Part shown: positions 47,901-59,900 of the stretch, piece by piece | Layout: each line of letters opens with the position of its first letter | Position numbering within the stretch: position 1 is the first letter of the stretch | Assembly (NCBI GenBank): GCA_002633005.1 | Contig: NMRA01000001.1 | Coordinates: 1,335,755 to 1,399,754 of the forward strand | Source of the DNA: Phoronis australis | Lineage: Eukaryota > Animalia > Phoronida | Reading direction: 5' to 3' | DNA length: 64,000 bases | Position numbers and translations under genes: made by a program | Notes under the pieces: model-generated | The model's input: the letters and a program-made list of their open reading frames with translations, nothing else | What the model was told of the DNA's origin: nothing | Database searches by the model: none

Positions 47901-50900
47901 ATAGAACTCTAGCCCTGGAATGCCAACTCCGATCTTGCGACCTCTGAGGTTGAGCTGCGCATGCGTAACAGTTATTTGCATTGGTTTGTTCCGGTGTGTG
48001 TATTTCCTATGGAATTTACTGTCATTAAAACTTTACACAACTCCGACGTTTTCCAACCGAATTGCATAACAGCCATATCATTAGAAAGCCCTGTGTAAGT
48101 ACTTGATGATCATACCAGAAGCAAAAGATAAATAATATAATTCATCGGCAATTATCATTTCGCATACCTGAAAGGTTTAAATATATTCCTCAATTCTAAT
48201 AACCAAGAGTGTTACAAAAATGCGAAAATAACAGCGTGTAATAGTAACGTAAAAAAGGAAATGGACCAGAGAGGTTATATTAATGACTGGTTAAGCCATT
48301 AGGGAAACAATTTCAATGATTCAAAAGATTTCTACCCTACCGCAAAGACAAATGTTTTGGAATATGGATCCCTAGATACTTTAGTCAGGCATTCATCCAA
48401 AATTATTCACCTTTATATATTATAATTAATTGGACCTTTGGTGCCGTTTGATACAATTACATTATTAAAAATTCAGAATGCAGTGACATTTGCTAATAAT
48501 GCAATAAACTGCTCCAAATATATCTCCGAAATTTGCAGATAAAAAGATTTTCTTTTAAATAAATAAGAGCAACATGGAACAAATATCGTCAAGGAAAACG
48601 AGCAGTAAGGCGACAGTAGGTAAAGGGTCTACTTAAAAACTCCGTGTAGAGCTGATTAAGTCATGTCCTGTAAATTAACTTCGAGGTGACGAAACAATTG
48701 AACACCTAATTCTTCTCTGTCCATAATGTATGTCATGTAAAATGTGTGGTGCAAAGTCTCCGTTTGAAACAACCTCAAGACAAACCAAAACAAAGGTTTT
48801 TCAAGATAGTTATATGTGCTGCTTCAAAAGAACTTGGAAAAAATGAACATAGTCCGCATATGAATTAACAGTCATGTTACGTCCGGGGTTTACCCAATTA
48901 TATGTTTCTTCAGGGTCCAACACAATCAAAGCACCATAGAGACCGTCGTTCCTTTGGGTTCCTAAGTGAGAATGATACCAGTGGGTGCCCTTGGGAGAGG
49001 CAATAAATCTGTGGATGGTAAAAGCAGTAACGACTTTATTATGAATGGTTTTACGGCAAATAACACGAGCAATGATAGTGAAGCTTATGAATGTTCTTAA
49101 AACACAAAATAGACTTGTCCAGTGTAGGCCTGCCAGTCTCTCTGAACTGGACTCAGCCTAAATTGTTTAAAAAATAGGCACATCACAGCTTACCGCATAG
49201 AAAAACAAAGTAAAAAGTAGCACTTCAAATTTACCTGTACGTGAAGGTGTCACCCGGACTGATAGGACATTGCGTAATCTTAGGTACACCGTCCATCCAT
49301 TGGGTGCCCTTCTGCACTATGCCATGCCAATGGATGGTTACACTCTCAGTCAGTAATGCATTCGTTACATGAACGACAACCTGAAAGATAACAAATTTGC
49401 GGTGTAAGCCGTTACAAACGAGTCGTAGATTAGTGCTATGTATTCGATTTGTTTAAAACTTATATCTAGACGCTTTTGTTAATATATGTAAGTTAATGTG
49501 CAAGATGCGCATATTTTCTTCTGTGTGAGGCGGGACGTGCTCTCGCCCGTTAACACGAGTCACTATTCATATTCTGATGTCCATTGTGACGTCTACTTGA
49601 AGTTATTTGTTGGCTAATCATGCAAAGGTCCGTGCGGGTTCTCTGGAGACCTTGTAGTTCGAGTTAGTCTTGAATCGGAGTTTGTGAAATGTGGCTGTAG
49701 TGTTGGGATAAGTAAAATATATGATTTAACTGCAGTCGCTGGTCTGATTATTCATTTCTGAAATGCTAACCCGTGACATCTCCATTAGTGACAAATGTTC
49801 ATTGAATTCGAAAAAACGTGTAGGTGATTTGCATTCCGTATGGGCGAAACCCAAAATCACGCAAGACTTCGCGATATATCGTCAAGCATTACAAGTGAAA
49901 CGCATGGTCACGCCAGTTTCCTTTGTGAGATCCTTGCGTCTATGCGGTATTTTCTTTGATATAACAGAAGATCGCACGCCACATAGTCGGGGGTACACTG
50001 CACAATTCATCTGGCCGAAACTAACACAGAAGCTGTGATTTTATCGATCAAAAGTTTTTTCGTGAAAGAAATTCAGGTTTCAAGAACATGGACAGAATTT
50101 TTCATTTTGTGACATGTGTGTGATGTTCCTAATCAGATGTTTGCTCTTTACTCTATGAAATGTCGCTGAAGACTTTAGCCTATTAGGAGACAGTTTCAAT
50201 AAAAGACATTTTTATACTGTTAGCCCAAACGGAGACGAAGACCAGTCGTACGCTTTTGGCTTACGTCTCCGTTCAGACTCTGTGTGAAACAAGAGCAATG
50301 GGGAGCGTTGAAATGCGCCCACGGATGCACCGCAAACGGAGTTCTTCTAGGGTTGTTTGTTTGTATCATAAAATAGCCACTAGATGGCGCAAAAAAGCGT
50401 CCAATCCATCCGCAAACCTTAACGGGAACATGCCATTGCTTCTTTAATGGAAAGTTAGTTAAACTATTTCATAAAAATCTGTTAAGGAACTTCAGAGAAA
50501 AAAGCATAACGGAAAAAATGAAATTGCCACTAGGGGGCACAGCGTTTATTGGATCCACCTGAAAGTAATCGCCGTCTGTAGTTCGCTTCATATAAATACA
50601 CTTACTAAATTTAATAAAGATCCTGGAGTATGTTTAGGAGATACAGCTATGAGCGCAAAACAAAATAAAACAACCAGCAGGAGACGCCACAGTAGTCGCA
50701 GTCGTCATCGTCAACAGTCCTTTTCACACTGAGAATGGCAATTTTCAACATCATCCTTGGAATGATTTGGTTGACAGTGAGGTGGATGCCAAAAACACAC
50801 GAAAACAACAAAAATAGCCACTGGGTGGCGCAAAATACATTTATTCCATCCGAAAACGGAAGGTTAGCGTCATCTCACCAACAGATTCTTATATTCAAGA

Positions 50901-53900
50901 TATCAATGCTCTTTTATTGCTTTTGTTTTGGAATCTTAAATCCTTTCAGAAGAGTTACAATCAGTGCAGGAAACAACTGCTACTCTTGCCCTGTTTTTGT
51001 GAAGACAGGTAAAGGGTCCCTTTTTATGGAGAACCTCGATGGTCGATGAAATCAGTTGTCACACTTGTTCTGTTTTGTTGTAATTAATATCCTCCCAAAT
51101 AATAGAATTGGTCTCTGCTCTTTTCTTGTGCATGGAATGATAATAGCATATCCTGTCGAGACCCCGATGATTATATCAGATGTTACTCTTACCTTTTTGT
51201 TATTATAATAAAGCTTTTGACAGTAAAGAGGCCATCGATAATGGCCACAACTGCTGCTATGTTACAGTTTTTTTTCATTATTGATCCTTTCATTTCAAGA
51301 CGTTCGCTTAATTATGGGGGCGATGATGGAATCGATTGCTATTCTTTTCAACTTTTCCTGTCGCAAGGGGTTCCCGATGATGAAATCAGTTATCACACTT
51401 TTCCAGTTTAAGCAATTACACATCATTTAATATTTTAAACTAGCCCTCTCTGAAGGGGGACTGGGCCAAGTGCTCCCTACGCCCCCATATTAATTCAACA
51501 TTGAGGTTGAAGTAGTTTAACGATAATTTCAGAAGTCAAGTCGACATTTTGGTGGAGCCCCTGACTTTTTAGTGGGAGGTGTGATATACCTGCGTCCCAA
51601 CGTCAACCACAATGCTGGGTCCGGGAATTCCGCCGTTGATGGTGAGAATGCGACGATGAGACCCGTCCCCTTTTACAACGGACTGCTCTTCTGAAAAAGA
51701 AAAAAAGTCAAATCTTTTTTACTATCATGAAATTGCTTTCACAATACTCCTTTCGGTGATAGGATTCCATTCTGACACCAACACGAACACCTAGGCCATC
51801 TAGAAAACAAACGCTTCAGAGTTCAACGAGATTGGCCAGCCTTAAAATTGAAATTCGAAAATGACGCATTGTACTCAACGTAGTGTGTGATTCAGTTGGT
51901 AACGGAAATGGAATCATATCACAATCTAGGTGACTTATTTTAGGAGAAAAACTAACCTATTTGATTTTCGTCTGAAGCCAGCTAACCAGGGCTAAATACA
52001 GCCTTGATAAATAGTTTATATATCTCGTTACTTTTTCGAAAAATATTTCGTCACAAATAATGAAGGACAGAGGGTCAGGAAACAAATTTAAAAATGCATT
52101 AACAAATGGTGTTGTAAAATGATATCGAGCCTTTCTCAAGGAAACAAAACGTGACTGGTGAGTTTTAGAACGCATTCCATCTAAAATGTTTGCAGTTACT
52201 CTTTTTCGTTTTTCAGTGGTCCGAAGAATCGTTTTCTGCAAAAGTTTGACAGTTTGTTTAATGGAATCCAAATGAGTGGCAAAAGCAAATCGTCTTGCTA
52301 TTTTTAACCCGAGGACAGTGTTGTTTTTTGCGTATTCTGGTCACCACGCACAGATATAGTTCCGCCTCGTTCAGCTGGAACCTGACCTGTTATCTTTGTA
52401 CTGGTATCAAGTTACATCAACAGCGCAACGACCAAAATGATCGGAATCAGTATAAAATTGTGTATAAATTCTGATTATGGTTACATCTCTTGTCTCCTCA
52501 CGCTCGTCATTAAAGATTCCACTTGTCAACCAATGCTAATGGCGGGTGTTTCGTAACTGTATTCATGACGATTGTTCGTCTGGTCTCACCTTATCATAAA
52601 CAATATCTAATGAACAAGATTGCTTATTTAGGTTAATAATGTCTAAGATTCTCTTGACAACTGTTGCTAATTTTATTAAAGTCTGCCATTATTTTGACTT
52701 GTCTAGTTCTCAATATGTGATGTAGCTGTAAAGTTATTATATCCACTATTACGAAAATATCATGACGTTCTGCAAAGTGCATGAATGAAACTGAAAGCTT
52801 GTATTAAATCACCAAAGCCTAGAAAATCACTACAAGTTTTGTATTCATACACCAACTTATTATTTTGTAAAATCATAAATATTGGATGTAGAAAAAATCG
52901 ATGTCATCTCATACACTGCTTTTCTGTTGTTTTTGTAAATTTTAACGAAAAGTCTTTATTTTATAAAAATTCATTTATTGCGTGTACAGAATACTAGGCG
53001 GGGTATTGAGTTTCAATGTTTACTACTACGGAGGGTGTCGGTAAGTTGACACTTTAAAAATTATAAACATAACAGCTATCCGAGATCTGTACTACTGTAG
53101 CTAGAGATCAGATGAGTTTTTCTCATGGTTACTAGGGGGCACAGCGGTAATCGGAGCCGTTCAAAGGTTCCGTTGGCACATTCATAGAAATACACTTACC
53201 AAATTTCCCCCAAAAATCCTGCATGGGTTTAAAAAACAACGAAAAATGCAAAACTCTAGTAAAACTAGTCACTAGATGGCGCAAAAGACATCGAATGTGG
53301 AAACAGGAAGGTGGCGTTGTCTCCTAAAAAGATATTTATTTGTCTAGTCATTAGACATCATCAGGTATATTTACAAAGGACAGCAAGTGCCAACATACAA
53401 CTCAGGCAACATCCGTAAAGTGAAGTGGGAGATACAGGGAATATAGTCAGTAGCTAGTCATCACCATAGTTGCAGGATCACTGAGCTCTGCATATGTTAT
53501 TCAGGGAATCAGTAGCATGCTGGTTGTGAACAGCCAATGACTCTTTAATGTACAGTTATTCCGTATGAGGTTCTCTGCAGATAATAACTGAATTGGCTTG
53601 GTTATTGTTGCTAAAACAATGCCTATATATGTTGCTTTTCTCTGAAATGTGATGATTTTCAGCCTGTCATAGAGGCGTCTCTGTGTGTCCGATATAGAAT
53701 TCCTTACAGTTGTCACATTCAACCTCATAAACAACATTGCTCTTGTTCAATAAAGGGATGAGTGACTCAAATTTACACAGCATATTGGAAAGTTTCCGAA
53801 GAACTTTGAAAACAACCATCAGTTCAACGGCTGGGTCAATGCAATGAATAAGGCGAGATAATTGACGTTTCAATTTTACACTACTTGACCCGGTGTAACC

Positions 53901-56900
53901 AAGAGAAAAGACAACTTTCTATTTCTCGGGCCGGGTCCAATAACAGCTACCTTATCAAAATACAGCAAGGTGGCACTGTGTATTGAGCTCCGAAAGACCT
54001 CGAAATTGCACACAGCCCGGATAGTTACGCAAGTAACCGCGTCGTGGAACTTGTATCAACATGAGTTCAGGACAGGCAGGTGGGCATGCAAAATCTGGGA
54101 GACATTCACCTTGCCCGTTACAGCCGTTTAAGCGAAAAATATCCAACGTCATTTTCTTTCGTAATTCTCCGCCTTTTGTAACAAAGAAAGGTATTTCACC
54201 GTTTTGAAACGGGAGTACATTTTGACTCGCGCCTCTTCCAGATTTTATTCGACATCTTCCATGAGATGATGAAAACATCGCCGCAAAATTTGTTCTAAAC
54301 TTCGGTTTACTGATATCAAAATTCTAAAAACTTATAATAAAGTGAAACCAATTCTGATCATTTTTTGTAATGTTTACGCAACCTCGAGGGAGAAAAAAAA
54401 CAGTGCAGGTGGTCTGATGTCATTTGCGGTGCATCCGACGTGCACAGGCCTCATGGTTGGGAGAACGTTTGATTGAAGAATCTGCCGTGGTGGGAAAAAG
54501 AAACTGGCTAATAGGTGACGCAATATTTCATTGCGCCGAAAGCTGACGCAAAAGATCACACCACGTTTTAAGCCGCAGAATAACGGTAGAAAATCAATTT
54601 TTGAAACGCCGGTAAATAATTTAGATTCCTCAAGGAAGATTTCATTTGGTCAGTTTATACCCACATCGGCGCAAAGTTGTATATTTAATTTTGTAAACAG
54701 CTTCGCACCAAGGCTAGAGCCCTCCGAGCCCTTTGGTTTAAGAACACAACATTTCGTGTTTCGCGTCTACTGCATGAAGGGGTAAAACTCTGAAAATAAA
54801 AAGTTCGGAGCAACTCGGTCCATGTAATCCTTAAGAAAAGTTCCCAAGTAGTCTTCGTTTTCATGTAGAGCGTAAAAATGATTAACCCAGTGATTCAAAA
54901 AGAACACTCTCGCAAACGGAAACGCATTCAATTTTCAGTTCTATGACACAGGTTATGCATCCATTCTAGTGGTTACCAGGGCAAGTCAAAACTCTTTTAA
55001 GTTTTACTGAGATGAGGTATGCTGTAATATGCATGCCTACTGAAGCTTGAAACGCTCTCTTATCATCCCCTTTAATTCTGTGTTGTGGCAGTTATTTCAT
55101 CGTTTTCTTTCATCTGTTGGTCGATGAACGTACGTGCGGTCTTCAAATGTAGAATCTGGACTATCGTATGTTTTATTTCACGTTCTTTCCGAAAATTCAG
55201 TTATGAAAATGATTGTTTACAAAAGAAGGGAAGAATTGTGATCAGATATAAATTTGAATGGCTAATTGTTCGCGTACGTGCTGTTCACGGTTACATAATT
55301 CAACCGCTGTTACAAACAATGTGCTAAGACCGTGACCCTGTAATCGGTATGCCGTAAACTTTGTTTATCTAAATTTTCAAGACATGCTTTTCACTTGGAC
55401 TCAGTTGACAACACGCGACTCCGAAAGTTTTGAAAACGCAACTTTTTCTTTACGCAGATACGTTTTCTGCCATTTGATGTAAGACGTGGGCACTGACTGA
55501 ATGCATCAACCAAACATTTAATTTTTGAAAATGCCCTCAAGACTTTTTCAAAACACCGTGTTGGCCGTATTCGGTGTTGAAAATCGGAATGAACAAAATT
55601 GTACACTCTGCTCAAAGCACTTTTGTGGACATACAAAATGTACATTACGAAAACGCCAACGTCTTTGTAGTTACAACGCTGCATGTGCTTGGCATTTTTG
55701 ATAAAGAGCGCTCTTATGCTGGAAGTTTTTTTTTAAGATTGAGCACCGTTTCAAAAAATTGTAAGCGTTGATGCAGTTGAGCACAGAAGAATTATTCTCC
55801 GATTTTAGGACTGAAACTGAAACCAAATCTCGCGAGGTGACTCATTGGAAGGTGCAAAACTCGGGGAGAAGGGCGGAGGGGGCGATACAACCATGATGTT
55901 TTTATTTTGGCGCCATAGTTGCTAGATGTCATTCAGCGTCACTTACTACCTAAGGTGGCCTTATCAAACATCCTTAGACGCTTTGCTTCTCAAATAGTGC
56001 ACCTTGGTGTATTTTCCTTCATTTTTTTTCGACATCGCAATCGCTTTACCAAAGATTCGCGCAAAAATGCCTCGTAGAGACAAATATTTCTTCACAAGGT
56101 ATTCACATCTTCCCGCTCAAAATTGTTTTCTTTTTCGATATGTTGTTGTCAGAAAATATTTATTTTTGGAACAACGTGAACTACCAAATGCATGGAAACA
56201 GAATGCGGAAAGCTAGAATTGGTTATAGCCTCAACAGTGGTAATTCCGTGTTTGATGTCACTGTCTAAGTTCGTGGAAATCGAAACCACATGATTTCGAA
56301 GTTAGGGCCTTCCAAGTCCGTGGGTTTAGGGCATACAGGACCGTGTATTTTGCATCTTTACTGCAAGGGTTAATACTATAGTAAAATCCCCGGAGTAAGA
56401 GCTCTTCGGCCGGCTGCAACAACTCACTCACTATCCCATCATCATGGGCGCGTGATAGGAGACTCGTGAAGAAATTTTTAAAACGCAGAAATATACAGTT
56501 CAGCATAACACAAACAAAAAAGTGTGGGAGAAGACTGTCAAAAATACATGTAGCTGTATAGACAAAATGATTACGGCGTTGCATAAACCGGGAAGAAGCC
56601 AATCTAATTTAACTTGTTAATGTCACGATTCAAAAGATCAAATGTAAAGAAAACTTTCACGTTTTGTAATCGAAAACTTGTTGCATTATCCATAATCCAA
56701 TGTTCAATATTACCGCTTGCCTTTAGTGGTGTTACACAACCGATGTGAACTCATGTAAGGGAGACACAGTGAGACTAGGTAAATTTATTTGACCCTGTGC
56801 CGAGACGAATATGCATCGGCACGCAAAGCTGTATCAGCCTGACAACCTATTACGCAACTGCTACTCTAGCCGGTCGGCAATTAAGGTCGGCAGTGGAGTC

Positions 56901-59900
56901 GGCTGGCGGGGGTGGGGTCGAATTAAGAGTCGGCACTGCGACCGGCTGCCGGTCGGCTAAAAATTAGCCGTCCGGTCGGCAAATTAGCCGGTCGACGGCC
57001 GGTCGTCAACTCCTAGCCGATCGGTCGGACAAAAATTCGTGATGTGTGCTGTATATTATTCGGGCCATGTGTCGATCATAAATGGTATTTCACTCGTTAA
57101 ATACATTTATGTGAGCATATGGACACGTCTTACTCGTTTCCTCCTCATGTCGGTCGAAGTCCACTATTGTAATTCCTTTGCCTAGGGCTGCATGTCGTTT
57201 TCCCAGCCTTCTTATTTAGTTGCAGAGCCAGCAGGAGTTTATTCACACTTGAGTGCAAAAGGTTTGAGTGCGTAATTCTATTGTAAATCACCTACCATTG
57301 AAGGAACTTAGGGGGGGGGGTCCAAAAGAGGGCCCAAAAATCCATTTAATTAAAATTTCGAGTGCAACATCCGTTTCAAGTTTATTTCATTCTAATCTCA
57401 ACCCAAATTAAAATGATGCAACTTAAGACGCGAAAATTCCTGGGGTTATTAAGACGCTTACTAATTAGTGACCAGTTAACGATTTACTTAAACTTTTAAG
57501 TGCAACAAAAATTCCTTTTCCAAAAGATAGTTTAGTAACTCTGGACACCATATCTATAACTTATGACGCATTTTTTCCTGGGGTTTGCAGATAAAACTGG
57601 GGTGTCTTGACCCCGAGGGACAATACTGAACTTTCAAAAAAGGGAAGTGCAAACAGATTGATTGATGCTATAAATAAAATTTTAATCCAAAGGAACAAAA
57701 AAGTCATTCGCAACTTAAGACATGAAAATTTCAGGGCATTTTAATTAAGAACCAATAATTATCGATCAAATAATTGATTATTTATTTAATCGCAAGTCAC
57801 CACGAATGAACCAGTTTCAATACTCTGATACCGAGTTTAGCAAGCTTCCTGAAATTTCTGGTCTCGCAAGGAAATTGAACATACTGTTCCTCGTATGCCA
57901 CAACTTCAATTCAGAAAATACGCCAGTGTGGGTTGCATTTAACGCACGTTTTCACCAAGATAAGTTGCCGAAGCAACTTGTTCATTATATGTCGAAACTG
58001 AACCCATCACAAAAAATGACGTTGTTGTGGACACATGCGCACAGCTCTGTCGACGTGTGCACAGGAATGTTGCCAGATGTATGGTCTGGTTACATATGAT
58101 CTAGATGTTGCAAAGACTGCACATTGAATCTAAGTCACCTGTCAGCCAGAGTGCAACAAGGTCTTAATAATGTTTGAGGTATTCCACATTCTTATGTGTT
58201 ACTTTAGAGCCATTGGAAAGTTTATCCCAGAATCGGGTGGACCAGCGATGTTAACAGACTCGGGTGTATTAGCACCGGGATCTCTTGGGAGGCTTCATAG
58301 AATGTTTAAACTACAATCTGTGTAAACGACTGCAAACAATGCTTGCCCTTGCGTTGGAAACATTGCTTTTCCGACGGTTCATGAAGGAATAATATAACGC
58401 AGACTTGGTTCTCCTGGAATTGCAGAATGTGCCCCAAGAAAAGGGGGAAGATGTTGATGTTATCTGTAGCTCAACACTATTCTAAGAGCTATTTGAGCCT
58501 TTTGAGAGGTTCTAGAAGAGCGCTGAAAATGGAGATCTTGGTCGAACAGCACAGTTTTCGGTAATGTATATCCAATACATACATATACATTAGAGGAACA
58601 AATATTGATCTCTTCGCCACCTTGTTGACAATTATTACTGATCTGTTTTTTTTTGCAACAAACAGATATAAATGTCCACACTCCTGGGTGTCAAAATACC
58701 AACTTGACTTGAATTTAGATAGTTTCCATCCAGGAGGCTTATCAGTCACACGATCGAACAATGCATTTGCGTGATTCCAGTCGATCTTACCCTGAAGCAA
58801 ACAATCAATGCTGATGCCGCCTCCCGATTGACGGGATAGACGTTGCCCACAAACAACTACAGTTTAAGAGTACGGTGGAGTGTTACCAAGAGCAGACAAG
58901 CTGCGATTGTGAATGCCGCTCTCACTACGGTCGGAATGAGGAATACAAGCAACACTCAAGGTGACCTCAGTCCAGCCAGAATAGACAATGACGATCTGTA
59001 GAAGATCATCAAGCAAATTGAGTCTAGTACCAATCCTTTCACACTTGATCCAAGCTTGCCTCTTATCAACATCAGCACTGGAAAGGGTGTAACAGGTGCC
59101 ACCAGTACATCATTGTTGATCATTCCAGAAGGCGGCAAAAACAGACATGAAAGCTTTGTCCAGGAATGCCTCGAAAGTGTAGAGCGCTTCGCAAAACTAA
59201 TTCGTAAAAATCCTCTTCGCATTGGTACTGCGACATGCCGAACTATGTGTGATGCACTCCCCGGCCTACTCGCGTTTATTGGTTGTGACTATACCTCTGC
59301 ATTTGTAAGGAAAGGAAAGAACAGACCATATGCAATCGTGGCAAAAAGTAACAAGTTCCAGAGAGCATTTGCTTCGTTGGGCCGCGATATCCCAACAGAA
59401 GAAGTCATCAAAACCGTACAGGATTTTGTCTGTTTGTTGTTCGGAGCACGGAAGCTTGTCCCCCTCAAAAGTACCAGTTCAACGTAATTGACAAAACCTA
59501 CACAAGAGAGTCAAATGCTAAGCACCCATTTGAGAAGCTTAGAAGCAGTATTCCACCCTGTGACGTGGAACTAGCACTTCACGTGAATAGAAATGCATTT
59601 GTTGCTAGACTCTGGGGCAGCGCTCATCTCCAAATCTTGGACAAAATGTCCTCCAATGGATAGGAAAATGTTGACAGGGACTTTCGCATCATTTGGTTCA
59701 GTGGAGAACAAATGCATCCTGCGCTCATTCACAGGTTCAAGTCGAAACAGAGCCAGATGACAGTGGTGGCGATGCTAAGACATGATGGTATGGACTGATG
59801 TGGAGGAAGATCATGAAAATTGAATTTCCTCTGTTATACGAGTTCATTTTTGGGTCTTCTCTTCCCTCGGGGTCCAAACACCCCCGTCTCATCTGCAATC

